Shown here in pieces: positions 1-9,865 of a stretch of 60,834 bases of DNA; position 1 is the first letter of the stretch; each line of letters opens with the position of its first letter. The stretch is from the NCBI GenBank assembly GCA_034716895.1, contig JAYEKW010000114.1, positions 18,470-79,303 on the forward strand. The letters are read 5' to 3'. Below the pieces are notes generated by a model. The model was not told the DNA's origin, made no database searches, and saw nothing but the letters and a program-made list of their open reading frames with translations. The DNA comes from Fidelibacterota bacterium. GTDB taxonomy: Bacteria > Fidelibacterota > UBA8477 > JABMPR01. The position numbers and the translations under genes were made by a program.

Positions 1-1
1 G

Positions 2-1666
2 TTTTCCGGATCAGCGCTGATGATCGATGAATATGGGAGCAGTGGTTTTGCAATGTATGCGACCTGGCATATTTTTGGTGATCCCAGTATGCCTCTGCGT
101 ACGCAAACACCTCAACCTTTTACAAATGTTTCAGTTTCTGATATTTTAATCCTGGGTACTTCACAACTCAGTATCAATACTACCGGGATCAGCAATGCAA
201 TTATCAGTCTTAGCAAAAATGGTGAATTGTTGGATGCAGCAGCGATTTCCGGTTTTGGAACGACTGTTTTAAATTTTGAGCCACTCACGGAGATCGACAC
301 CTGCATACTCACCATAACCGGTCAAAATCGAATCCCCTGGCAACAGGAGCTGCTGATCATAGCACCGGAAGATCCTTATCTTGTTACCCAGGGCTTTACC
401 ATAACTGATGACGTTTTCGGGAATGGCAATGGCCTGGTCGACTTTGGCGAAGTGGTTGACCTGAACCTTATAATCCAGAATGTTGGTGCTGATACCTGCG
501 ATCTGGTAAACGCCCAAATTTCCCTGGATGACCCCTACATCTCGCTGGTCAATGATTTTTTCAGTTCAACGATCCTTCCAGGTGATAGCGTGGTAGCCCT
601 TGGACCTTACGAGCTCATTATCGCTGAGAATGTTCCCAATGGTCATCCGGTTCATATCGCTGTATTTATGGATAATGGAATGGACACCTGGGAATCTGAG
701 ATCATTATCAACATTCAGGCTCCTGCAGTGACTTTTGCAAATGTAACTGTTCTTGATGACGGAAATGGACGGCTGGATATTGGTGAATCTGCAGTTCTTA
801 AATTGAGCCTTAACAACCTGGGCGGTTCCGGGCTGGCTTCTGCCAACGTTACCCTGGCCAGTAGCGACCCCTACGTTGCTGCTTTGGGTCCCATGATAAC
901 TCTGGGCAATTTTGAGGCTGGAACGCTAGACTCCTGCAGCTTTGATATCGAACTTGAATACGCTACTCCACCAGGATATGAGATCGAGTTTTCCTGGATC
1001 CTTGAAAGCGATCAGGGGTATGCTGCCACCGGAGCCTTTTCGATGCTGGCTGGCTTGATCGTGGAAGATTTTGAGAGTTCGGATTTTACTGCTTTTGATT
1101 GGCTTTTTAGTGGACATCAGGATTGGGTTATTGACAATAGTGACTTTCTTGAAGGCCAGTTCTCAGCACGCTCAGGAGTCATCAACAATAACCAGAATTC
1201 CGAGTTAAGCCTGATAATTGAAGCTGATGAAGAGGCTGTCTTAAGCTTTAACTATAAAGTGTCTTCGCAGGCCGGTTCGGATGGACTTCTCTTTCTAATT
1301 GACGGTATCCTCCAGAATACCTGGCAGGGCGAAATTCCATGGAGTGAAGCAGTCTATCCCCTGACAACCGGAGAACACGAATTGACCTGGAAATATACCA
1401 AGAACTCAAGTGGCGCTTCCGGGTCTGATTGTGCCTGGATAGATTTTATCATTCTACCCCTTTCTGAGGTTCCTGGAACCATCATAGGTGATGTCACAGC
1501 TGATGCTCAGATCAATGTTCAAGACATTGTTCGTCTGGTGAATATCATCCTGGGTCAAGGCGCCGAGGTGCAGCCATATGAATTATATTGCGGAAATATG
1601 AATGGTGACACAATCATTGATATCGGGGATCTGGTCCTGTTGGTCAATATCATCATGGGCCAATAA
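2..1666 (+). CDS. Secreted peptidase C25 (gingipain-like) family protein, C-terminal part, with dockerin-like C-terminal repeats; 5' end is outside the window
   Basis: The frame is open from nt 2, so the ATG at 20 is internal. YATWHIFGDPSMPL resembles the end of a C25 catalytic domain. Beta-rich modules follow, then two Ca-binding-type repeats at the C-terminus (DVTADAQINVQDIVRLVNIILG and NMNGDTIIDIGDLVLLVNIIMG). Confidence 0.6.
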   Translation, partial: FSGSALMIDEYGSSGFAMYATWHIFGDPSMPLRTQTPQPFTNVSVSDILILGTSQLSINTTGISNAIISLSKNGELLDAAAISGFGTTVLNFEPLTEIDTCILTITGQNRIPWQQELLIIAPEDPYLVTQGFTITDDVFGNGNGLVDFGEVVDLNLIIQNVGADTCDLVNAQISLDDPYISLVNDFFSSTILPGDSVVALGPYELIIAENVPNGHPVHIAVFMDNGMDTWESEIIINIQAPAVTFANVTVLDDGNGRLDIGESAVLKLSLNNLGGSGLASANVTLASSDPYVAALGPMITLGNFEAGTLDSCSFDIELEYATPPGYEIEFSWILESDQGYAATGAFSMLAGLIVEDFESSDFTAFDWLFSGHQDWVIDNSDFLEGQFSARSGVINNNQNSELSLIIEADEEAVLSFNYKVSSQAGSDGLLFLIDGILQNTWQGEIPWSEAVYPLTTGEHELTWKYTKNSSGASGSDCAWIDFIILPLSEVPGTIIGDVTADAQINVQDIVRLVNIILGQGAEVQPYELYCGNMNGDTIIDIGDLVLLVNIIMGQ

Positions 1667-1988
1667 TCAGTCAGTAACGACAGCTATCATACTGTCTTGC
1701 ATTTGAATATCGTTCTATTATACCAATTAAACCGGCGGTGAATAGACATAACCATCAGGACCTTTCCTGAGATAGTCTGCTTTTTAACCCCAAATCCAGC
1801 GCTATCGTTTCTGGAACATCACCTTGGCAACTGACGTACATAAATATATATTGCTCGGCCTTAGCCCGCATGGATGGGGAAGCTTGATAAATTAAGGGAA
1901 TGAGCTCGATACTTACACCAGCACAATCTCCAAATGAAGCAAGGGCATATTTTTAATAAGCTTTTATCTGTGTGGTCAACACAGGCGC

Positions 1989-4900
1989 ATGAAAAAGGGA
2001 TCAACAATGGAATTTCTTAAACCTCGAGACATGGTAAAAACGCTCATAGCAGCCTTTGTGCTGGTCTTTACCTTCCTGCTTTATCTGGACACCATGGCTC
2101 CCACGGTATCATTCTGGGATTGTGGGGAATTTATTGCTGTCTCACACACTCTGAGCGTTCCGCATCCACCTGGATCACCCCTTTATCTGTTATTGGGACG
2201 TGTAATCTCCATGTTGCCCATTGCTGGCGGTGCTGCCCTTGACCCGGTACTGAATGAACCCCAATTCCATTATATAGCCTACCGTATTAATCTGTTGTCA
2301 CCACTGGCTACCGCTTTTGCCAACATGTTTCTCTTCCTGATCATCGTCCGCCTGGTCGTTGAATGGCGGGGTAAGATCAAAGATACTACCGACAAATGGA
2401 TTGCCTATGGAGGCGGGCTGGTCGGTTCCCTTTCAATCGCTTTTTCTGACAGCCATTGGTTCAATGCAGTTGAAGCTGAAGTTTACTCCATGAGTATCTT
2501 TTTCACAGCTATTGTGGTGTGGCTAATCCTGAAATGGTCTGAAAAAGTGGATGAGGGGGGCGCTGGTTCCCGCTATATCCTGATCATTTCATATATGATG
2601 GGTCTTGCGATCTCCGTCCACATGCTCAACCTGTTAACCATTCCTTTTATCGCCTTAATTATGTATATAAAACTTAACCCAGATGATGACGGTATAGAGA
2701 TGATGGTGAACATTCTGGCTGTTATTGGCATTATGGCAATGGGAATCCTCATCGCCATTGAAATGGCTCTGCCAGCAACCTCTATGGAATATTTGAGGCT
2801 CTCAGATGGTGATAGAGGCTCTAAACTTATGGTTCTTGGGGTGATCTTCTTGGTTATTACAGGCGGGGGTGTCTGGGGACTTTCGCAGGCATTTAAAGCC
2901 GAACGGAGGAGGCGACTCTGGAAACAGGTCCTGCTCATGGGTGCAGCTGGTGCAGCCTATTTAATAATTTATCTGGGCATTATTAAGGGCATGCCCAAGC
3001 TGGCCAATTTTATGGGCAATCTTATGAATACTCAAGATGCAGTGTCGGCCATTGGAGCCACCTTTGCTGTGAGTATTGCCATCTTAATGGCACTCATTTA
3101 TTTTGTTCCAATCTTCTCTCGTTCACGCGCTACAGAGATCCGGCTTTCGATCATGGCACTGTTGATGGTGTTGATTGGCTTTACATCCTACGAAACCATT
3201 TTTATCCGCTCTGCTCAGAATCCCAATATTGATGAAAATGACCCTGAAACGGTTGCCCGGGCTGTCTCCTACCTTGAGCGTGAGCAATACGGAAGTTACC
3301 CCATGTTCTATCGTGATCGCTGGGGTGAGAAACCTTTGAATAAAAACACAGCAAATCCCGGACGGGTAGTGAAGATTAAAAGTACAGGCAAGATCGGAGA
3401 GATCATCTCTGTACAAGGTGACCAGATCAAATTGGAGGTGGGTGGACGTGAAGTTAATCAGCGCATCTCAAATTTGAGTGCCATCGTTAATGGTTATCGA
3501 TCCAGTACAGATTTTTTCTGGCGCTATCAGATTAACCATATGTACGTCCGTTACTTCAAATGGCAATTCTGGGGGCGCAGTGGAGACCGCGCTGACCTCT
3601 CACAACTCTGGGGCATCCCGTTTCTACTGGGATTGCTTGGCATGGGACACCATTTTGCAAAAGATTCTCGACGGGCTTTCGCGGTGGCTGCCTTATTCAT
3701 GCTCACCGGATTTGCTATTTTGCTTTATCTCAATCAGGATGATCCCCAACCCAGAGAGCGGGATTATTCCTATGTGGGCTCGTTTTATGCCTTTGCCATC
3801 TGGATCGGTATTGGGGCAGCAGCAGTTTTCGAAAAGCTCAAGGATTGGCGTAAAGATTCACCTGTGATATATAGTGCTGTTCTGGCTGTTATGCTGCTGG
3901 CGATACCCGTTAATATGATTCGGGCTAATTACCACACCCATGATCGTTCCGGAAATTATGTTGCCTGGGAATATTCCTATAATCTACTCAACACCTGCGA
4001 ACCGGATGGAATCATTTTCACCAATGGTGATAACGATACCTTTCCGCTCTGGTATCTTCAGGAGGTTGAGGGCATTCGGAAAGATGTGAGGGTTGTAAAT
4101 CTAAGTCTTCTGAATACGCCCTGGTATATCAAACAATTAAAGAACATTGAACCAACTGTTCCCATCAGTTTGTCTGATGATGAGATCGATGGCCTGGGTC
4201 TGACCAGATTTGAAGAGCGTGAGATGTTTATTCCCGGTCCTGCCAATTTTTATGATAAACCGGAAGCTGGCTCCCTGGAAAAAGGTGCTTCCGGCTTAAG
4301 TTGGAATTTGCAGCCAACCATCTCCCGGCAAAAGAATCCACAAACGGGTAAACTCGTTGGTGGTTTAAGGGTTCAGGATGTCATGATCTTTGAGATCCTG
4401 CGCATGAATGCCTGGAAACAGCCCATCTATTTTGCTGTCACAGTTTCACCCAGCAATCAGATCGGATTGGGTGATTATCTGCGTATGGATGGTCAGGCAT
4501 ATCAGCTTATGCCTTACAAAGTTGGTTTAAGTATCGATGAAGATGTTATGTACGAGAAGATCATTGACACCTATCGCTACACCAACCTGGATGATCCGGA
4601 TGTGTATTATCCACCAAATGTCCAACGCCTGCTGCAAAATTACCGCAAGGGCTTTCTACAATTGGTCTATGAGTACGGTTTAACCGGAAAAGAAAACCGT
4701 GAAAAGGCGCTTCACGTTTTGCACAAGATGGACGAGCTGGTTCCTGATGCAACAATCCCCATTACCTACATGGATCTATACTTGCAGATCGCACAAATGT
4801 ATCATCAACTTGAGGATGACACCAGTGCCTGGCGCTATATGGATGATGCCTTTAAAAATGGACGTGAAGATCTGCCGCTCATGGAAAAAGTGAAAGTGGC

Positions 4901-5147
4901 CTCGATCTGGAATGATCTCTTTGATGAAACCTCCAAAGCACTTGACATTCTCCTTCCTTTAAGCATGGAGGCTCCTTTGAATGCTCAGGTTGTCTATGAG
5001 ATCGCCCGCTCTTATGTCAAGGATGGAAATGCTGTGGAAGGTGAGGAGTGGGTCAACCGTCTGGCAGCTCTGGCACCCATGGCTCGGGAAACCCGTACTT
5101 TGCAGAACCGTATCAAAGAAATGAAGGCTGATTCTACCGGTTCGTAA
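1989..5147 (+). CDS. DUF2723-type polytopic membrane protein (putative glycosyltransferase, TMEM260-like) with a soluble helical C-terminal half
   Basis: 1052-aa ORF with the N-terminal signature FWDCGEFIAVSHTLSVPHPPGSPLY and many hydrophobic segments. A hairpin terminator follows. Confidence 0.75.
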   Translation: MKKGSTMEFLKPRDMVKTLIAAFVLVFTFLLYLDTMAPTVSFWDCGEFIAVSHTLSVPHPPGSPLYLLLGRVISMLPIAGGAALDPVLNEPQFHYIAYRINLLSPLATAFANMFLFLIIVRLVVEWRGKIKDTTDKWIAYGGGLVGSLSIAFSDSHWFNAVEAEVYSMSIFFTAIVVWLILKWSEKVDEGGAGSRYILIISYMMGLAISVHMLNLLTIPFIALIMYIKLNPDDDGIEMMVNILAVIGIMAMGILIAIEMALPATSMEYLRLSDGDRGSKLMVLGVIFLVITGGGVWGLSQAFKAERRRRLWKQVLLMGAAGAAYLIIYLGIIKGMPKLANFMGNLMNTQDAVSAIGATFAVSIAILMALIYFVPIFSRSRATEIRLSIMALLMVLIGFTSYETIFIRSAQNPNIDENDPETVARAVSYLEREQYGSYPMFYRDRWGEKPLNKNTANPGRVVKIKSTGKIGEIISVQGDQIKLEVGGREVNQRISNLSAIVNGYRSSTDFFWRYQINHMYVRYFKWQFWGRSGDRADLSQLWGIPFLLGLLGMGHHFAKDSRRAFAVAALFMLTGFAILLYLNQDDPQPRERDYSYVGSFYAFAIWIGIGAAAVFEKLKDWRKDSPVIYSAVLAVMLLAIPVNMIRANYHTHDRSGNYVAWEYSYNLLNTCEPDGIIFTNGDNDTFPLWYLQEVEGIRKDVRVVNLSLLNTPWYIKQLKNIEPTVPISLSDDEIDGLGLTRFEEREMFIPGPANFYDKPEAGSLEKGASGLSWNLQPTISRQKNPQTGKLVGGLRVQDVMIFEILRMNAWKQPIYFAVTVSPSNQIGLGDYLRMDGQAYQLMPYKVGLSIDEDVMYEKIIDTYRYTNLDDPDVYYPPNVQRLLQNYRKGFLQLVYEYGLTGKENREKALHVLHKMDELVPDATIPITYMDLYLQIAQMYHQLEDDTSAWRYMDDAFKNGREDLPLMEKVKVASIWNDLFDETSKALDILLPLSMEAPLNAQVVYEIARSYVKDGNAVEGEEWVNRLAALAPMARETRTLQNRIKEMKADSTGS

Positions 5148-5178
5148 CATCCTGGCCCAAATTCGAGATTTTTAATCA

Positions 5179-5207
5179 AGCCCCGGGTTATTCCGGGGCT
5201 TTTTTTG
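5179..5207 (+). terminator. Rho-independent terminator after the DUF2723 gene
   Basis: AGCCCCGG-GTTATT-CCGGGGCT forms an 8-bp GC-rich stem, followed by a run of 7 T. Confidence 0.8.
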
Positions 5208-5306
5208 GCATTGTACAAATTGAAGTTCGTTGTAAAAAACAAGATTTTGATTAGCTGTAAATCATACTAAACATCTATATTCAGCGCAATTAGAGGAAGG
5301 ATATTA

Positions 5307-5666
5307 GTGAATCGAAAAAGCCCTACCTGTAAAGCTGGGAAAACCGGACGTCCTCTCATGGAGTACGATACTAAAGCTGAAGCAAAAACAGCAGCTCGGC
5401 ACGCGAATAAAAACTATGCTGGAAACGATCTGATTCCCTACAAGTGCAATCAGTGTGGCTTCTGGCATCTCTCTCCCACTGACCGACAGACACCCAGCGA
5501 GACCTGTCCGGTCTGCCGCGGAGCAGATGGCAAGCCCAAAGAAGCTTATACCTCAGAAAGAGATGCCCTGCGCCGAGCTGGACATCTTCGCAAGGAACAA
5601 GGGGTTAAACTATCTGTTTATAAATGTGAGCATGGACATGGCTGGCATTTAACAAAAAGGGGTTAA
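5307..5666 (+). CDS. Small uncharacterized protein with two tandem zinc-ribbon-like modules
   Basis: GTG start preceded by AGGAAGG. There is an internal duplication: YDTKAEAKTAARHANKNYAGNDLIPYKCNQCGFWHLS and YTSERDALRRAGHLRKEQGVKLSVYKCEHGHGWHLT, with CPVCRG between them. Confidence 0.6.
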   Translation: MNRKSPTCKAGKTGRPLMEYDTKAEAKTAARHANKNYAGNDLIPYKCNQCGFWHLSPTDRQTPSETCPVCRGADGKPKEAYTSERDALRRAGHLRKEQGVKLSVYKCEHGHGWHLTKRG

Positions 5667-5671
5667 CGATC

Positions 5672-6025
5672 CTATTCGCGTGATTCGCCAGCCAAAGGAT
5701 CAATAGTCGGCTGCCATTGATATTCCCGTAGCACAACAATTCCTGCACGACTAAAAACCACATCTTCATTTTCCAGCAGTTTGCGTTGAACCGCTCCCCC
5801 CATCTCCAGGTTGAGACTGATCTTGCCCTGGGCATTGATCACCCGGTGCCAGGGGATATCTTCAGAAGGGACGGCATGCAGGGCATAGCCAACTTGCCGG
5901 GCTTGGCGGTAATAGCCTGCCAGAGTGGCAATTTGACCGTAGGTAGCCACTTTCCCAAAGGGGATCTGTTTGACCACGGAATAAATCACTTCCCATTTGC
6001 TTGGTTTGTTCATGTTCTCGTTCAC
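5672..6025 (-). CDS. Alkyltransferase-like (ATL) protein of the MGMT/Ogt DNA-binding-domain family, lacking the acceptor cysteine
   Basis: ATYGQIATLAGYYRQARQVGYAL followed by IPWHRVIN. The canonical PCHRV active site has Trp in place of Cys, as in ATL proteins. Confidence 0.8.
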   Translation of the reverse strand: MNENMNKPSKWEVIYSVVKQIPFGKVATYGQIATLAGYYRQARQVGYALHAVPSEDIPWHRVINAQGKISLNLEMGGAVQRKLLENEDVVFSRAGIVVLREYQWQPTIDPLAGESRE

Positions 6026-6070
6026 ATACTCACTGCGAGATCCACCTGGTCCAGACGACGATTTGAATCG

Positions 6071-6532
6071 TTACTTTGTGCTGGATCCCTTCTTCTTTGC
6101 TTTTTTTCTTTTCTTTTTGATCGAATGGCGACTCTCATGAAAGTATTTAGCCATGATCTTAGATACTGATACGGGCACAACCTTTTTGATGGCCTGTTTT
6201 GGAGAAAACAATTTCCGTTTTCGAAAATGTTTTTCATCCCATTTATCTTTAAGCTTGGTGACCTCCATGAAGTATAGGCGCACTTTGTAGCGACCACCCA
6301 TTTTCTCATAGGTATAGGTTCCGATCTCTTCCGGGAAAACCTTACCCTTTATCCCAGCCTCTTCCAGCGCTTCCTTGGCAGCCGAATCCTGTGCTGACAA
6401 TTCCCACTCAACTGAACCTTTTGGCGTGATCCAGCGCTGACTTCCTCTGGCTGTGATGAGAACAACTTTTCCTTTGTATACCGGGATAACACCGGATTGC
6501 TTAAAATATCTTTGTTTGGTTCTGGATGCCAC
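6071..6532 (-). CDS. NUDIX hydrolase with a lysine-rich C-terminal tail
   Basis: Nudix box PKGSVEWELSAQDSAAKEALEEAGIKG. The C-terminus is KKKRKKAKKKGSSTK. Confidence 0.8.
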   Translation of the reverse strand: MASRTKQRYFKQSGVIPVYKGKVVLITARGSQRWITPKGSVEWELSAQDSAAKEALEEAGIKGKVFPEEIGTYTYEKMGGRYKVRLYFMEVTKLKDKWDEKHFRKRKLFSPKQAIKKVVPVSVSKIMAKYFHESRHSIKKKRKKAKKKGSSTK

Positions 6533-6543
6533 GGACTACAACC

Positions 6544-8238
6544 TCAAGCTTCTTCCGGCTCGGCAAAAAATGACAGGCTGAAAAAGGCGCCCTTTTCATT
6601 ACCGATATTGACGCTCCCGCCAAGTTGATCCTGCCCCAGCATATATACCAGCCTCAACCCCAGTGAATCACTTTTCTCACGGTCAAAAGAATCCGGATAA
6701 CCACAACCTGTATCATCTACCTGTAGTTTTATTAAGCCTTCTTTCCCCTGGGTCAGCTTGATGAAGATAGCTGGTGCCCGCTCACATTTTTCCCTAAACG
6801 CATATTTCAGTGAATTTGTTACCAGCTCATTTACGATCAATCCACAGGGAATCGCTTCACGTGGTTCCACAAGAACTACATCGGTATTACAATGCAATTT
6901 AACTTGATCCTGTTGGGACGACAGAACGCTCATCAGGTCCTCAGCAATGGAGCATAGATAATTGCCCAGATCCAGATTATTAAACGTGTCCGACCGGTAC
7001 AGCCTTTCGTTCAGCAGTGACATCGTTCTGAGACGATCTCGGCTGACTTCAAAAGCATTCTTGACTGCTTTGTCTTTAAATTTTTGAGCTTCCAGAAAAA
7101 GCAAGCTGCCAGCCAGATTGAAATTGTTTTTTACGCGATGATTGATCTCTCGTAAAAGGACTTCCTTTTCGCCTAGAAGTGACTCTTTTTCTTCAATGAG
7201 CCCCTGAAGCTGTAATTCTGTTTGCTTTCGTAGACTGATGTCATGCAGTGTAATGACCACAGATCTTAATAATCCGGATTTTTCAGCTATTTCAGAGCGT
7301 TCTAAATCATAGTATTTTATGCTATCTTTTGTACTTAATGCAATTTCTACATCCTGATTGCGTATGGCTTGCTGCAATAATTCAGGTAGTTCCTTGGTAA
7401 AAACCATTGTTCGAGCATCTTCCTGGCTAAAAAACAACTGTCGGGCGGCAATATTAAGATCCAACAAGTTTAGCTTGTGGTCAAACACCAGGATCGCATC
7501 GGTAACCTCTGAGAAAAGACGACTGTAGGCGGCCGGAATGGCATTCAAAAAGTCATATCGAACGATACTGATACTTAACAGAATAACTGAAACCAGGGTA
7601 CCATAAGGCGTAATATATAGATGAGGCCAGGGATTCAGATCAAAGGTACGCACCATATCAACAAGCAGGGGAATGGATAGCGCAACGATCAATATATTTA
7701 TTTCCGGTCGTCGTTGTTTGGGAATATGAGAAATACCCCAGAACATGAGCGCAACAGATATCCCCAGAATAAAATATAAATAGGTTGTAACCAGTATCGG
7801 GATCAAACCCATGGTTACCTGCACATAAGAAAAACCATTGTAAGCAACAATACTGACCTTTTCCCAGAAAAGTCCATGTATTGGATCAGTAAGTGCCATA
7901 ACACCAGAGAGGATCGGAAAAAACAGTAAGGTGGAGACGCTTTTCCAGGTAATCCAGTTTTCGTAGCCAAAATATTCCAGAACAAAGAATAAAACGGCCA
8001 CGGGAATCAGCATCGTGCTATAAACCATGAGGTAAAACAGAAGCGTTTGCACAGTTGGGTTTGCAGCAATAAGGTATGCGCTGAAAAAGGCGCCGTGCAA
8101 CAGCACAAGACTGCCAAAGACCGTAAAAGCGATCACAACCCGCCCTCTATTACGATGCACAACCAGGCGCATCAAAAAGGAAAGAAAACCAATACCCAGG
8201 ATAATGGGAATACTAAAGGGATTAAACTGCATAATCAA
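6544..8238 (-). CDS. Membrane sensor histidine kinase (HisKA_2/HWE-like), with no adjacent response regulator
   Basis: About 7 N-terminal TM segments and a PAS-like linker. H-box EINHRVKNNFNL; ATPase motifs NELVTNSLKYAF and DDTGCG. Confidence 0.8.
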   Translation of the reverse strand: MIMQFNPFSIPIILGIGFLSFLMRLVVHRNRGRVVIAFTVFGSLVLLHGAFFSAYLIAANPTVQTLLFYLMVYSTMLIPVAVLFFVLEYFGYENWITWKSVSTLLFFPILSGVMALTDPIHGLFWEKVSIVAYNGFSYVQVTMGLIPILVTTYLYFILGISVALMFWGISHIPKQRRPEINILIVALSIPLLVDMVRTFDLNPWPHLYITPYGTLVSVILLSISIVRYDFLNAIPAAYSRLFSEVTDAILVFDHKLNLLDLNIAARQLFFSQEDARTMVFTKELPELLQQAIRNQDVEIALSTKDSIKYYDLERSEIAEKSGLLRSVVITLHDISLRKQTELQLQGLIEEKESLLGEKEVLLREINHRVKNNFNLAGSLLFLEAQKFKDKAVKNAFEVSRDRLRTMSLLNERLYRSDTFNNLDLGNYLCSIAEDLMSVLSSQQDQVKLHCNTDVVLVEPREAIPCGLIVNELVTNSLKYAFREKCERAPAIFIKLTQGKEGLIKLQVDDTGCGYPDSFDREKSDSLGLRLVYMLGQDQLGGSVNIGNEKGAFFSLSFFAEPEEA

Positions 8239-8254
8239 AAAGGGCCTTGGTAAA

Positions 8255-8869
8255 TTATTGTCTTATCTCAGCTACCCGCTCCAGAAAACTGCCATCTTCA
8301 AAGTAGCGATACAGGTCTTTACCCGGACACAGGGTTTCGACATAATCTTTGTGGGTCTTAATAAGATCAGGAGCTACCTCATATTTATCTGCTAAAACCG
8401 CCGTTAGTTTGGCCAATTGCTCAAATTGTGTTTGACTGAGAATCTGATGCTCATAGTTACCCATAACACATATTAAAGCATGACCACGTACATCATAACT
8501 GGTGTTGGTATCACCGGGATATTTAATAGGACGGGTTTCATAGATATTACCCTTGAGATCGATCATATAATGATAGGGGTTATCGATCCAATGTTTCTCC
8601 GAGCGACTCCAGGATTGTAAACCTCGCAGATAAGCTATGACATCTTTATCTTCCGGAAAATTCTCACCACCATGGTGAATAGTGATATACTTGATCTCGT
8701 GGGTGGGAATACTATCAGTTAGGGGCACCCAACCCCAGTCAGCCCGGGACATTATTTCCAAAGTAGGCTCAACAATGGGAAGAGGATCAGGGATAGCAGT
8801 TTCAACGGTTTTAGCGCAAGTCAATAATAGTATGGTCGACACTATCGTCAGTGCAATTTTGGGGATCAT
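8255..8869 (-). CDS. N-acetylmuramoyl-L-alanine amidase (Amidase_2/PGRP-like) lipoprotein
   Basis: Lipobox LLLTC. ITIHHGG and HALICVMGNY blocks are typical of zinc amidases of this family. Confidence 0.65.
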   Translation of the reverse strand: MIPKIALTIVSTILLLTCAKTVETAIPDPLPIVEPTLEIMSRADWGWVPLTDSIPTHEIKYITIHHGGENFPEDKDVIAYLRGLQSWSRSEKHWIDNPYHYMIDLKGNIYETRPIKYPGDTNTSYDVRGHALICVMGNYEHQILSQTQFEQLAKLTAVLADKYEVAPDLIKTHKDYVETLCPGKDLYRYFEDGSFLERVAEIRQ

Positions 8870-9072
8870 TTCAGGTTCCTTTACTTTAGTGCAAATTAGT
8901 CGGAGATTGACCCTTTGTCATTAATTTATTAATAACTATTTTCTATAAATGCCGGTTTTCAGATCCGTCTTTCAGGTTTTGAGTTGACAAGTTTGACCTT
9001 TTTCATACAATCATATTTTAAGTACTCCAGCTTAATATTCTGACTATTTTCATGGCAGCAAAGGAGATCTGC

Positions 9073-9834
9073 ATGCGAATTATTTCATGGAATGTTAATG
9101 GTATTCGTGCCGTTGTTAAAAAAGGTTTTTGGGATTGGTTTAATCTGGAGACACCTGATATTATGTGTTTTCAAGAGACCAAGGCTCAACCGGATCAACT
9201 GGATGAAACCCTGACCAAGCCACTGGGTTATCACGCCTATTACCACTCGGCCGAGCGGAAGGGTTACAGTAGTGTTGCCACCTGGTGCAAGACCAAGCCT
9301 TTGTCGGTGGAAACCGCTATCCTGGATGATTCTTTTAATCGGGAAGGTCGTATTGTACTTACTGAACATCCCAAATTCTTTTTGTATAATGTTTACTTCC
9401 CCAATGGTCAGAAAGACCAGGATCGGCTGGACTATAAATTGCGTTTCTATGGTGCCCTACAGGAACACATGCGGGAAAAGGACAAGATAAAACCGGTGAT
9501 CATCGTAGGTGATTTTAACACGGCCCATACAGACATCGATCTGGCTCGACCAAAACCTAACGAGAAAACTTCTGGTTTTCTGCCTGAAGAACGGGTTTGG
9601 GTAGATCGTTATCTAGATACTGGTTTTGTGGATACCTTCCGCCAAGAACATCCTGGTGCCAAAGGTTATTATTCCTGGTGGAGTTTCCGAGCCAATTCCC
9701 GGGTGAACAACGTGGGCTGGAGAATCGATTACTTTCTGGTAAGTGAAAAGATCGAAGATCAAGTAGAGGCATCCCGAATTCACCCCAATGTCATGGGGTC
9801 GGATCACTGTCCCATCAGCTTGGTACTTAGATAG
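9073..9834 (+). CDS. xth: Exodeoxyribonuclease III
   Basis: MRIISWNVNGIRA at the N-terminus and GSDHCPI at the C-terminus. AAGGAG lies 6 nt upstream of the ATG at 9073. The longer ORF from 9052 is less likely. Confidence 0.9.
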   Translation: MRIISWNVNGIRAVVKKGFWDWFNLETPDIMCFQETKAQPDQLDETLTKPLGYHAYYHSAERKGYSSVATWCKTKPLSVETAILDDSFNREGRIVLTEHPKFFLYNVYFPNGQKDQDRLDYKLRFYGALQEHMREKDKIKPVIIVGDFNTAHTDIDLARPKPNEKTSGFLPEERVWVDRYLDTGFVDTFRQEHPGAKGYYSWWSFRANSRVNNVGWRIDYFLVSEKIEDQVEASRIHPNVMGSDHCPISLVLR

Positions 9835-9865
9835 TTTTTCTTGAGAGCCAGGCTAGCCTGCATTT

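Noticed and set aside
1667-1988. 322-bp spacer upstream of the DUF2723 gene, checked for riboswitches or known sRNAs (TPP, SRP, 6S, RNase P, tmRNA signatures)
   Set aside because: No conserved core motifs were recognised by eye; for example, CUGAGA is present without the rest of the TPP core. It is treated as ordinary promoter/UTR space pending an Rfam scan.
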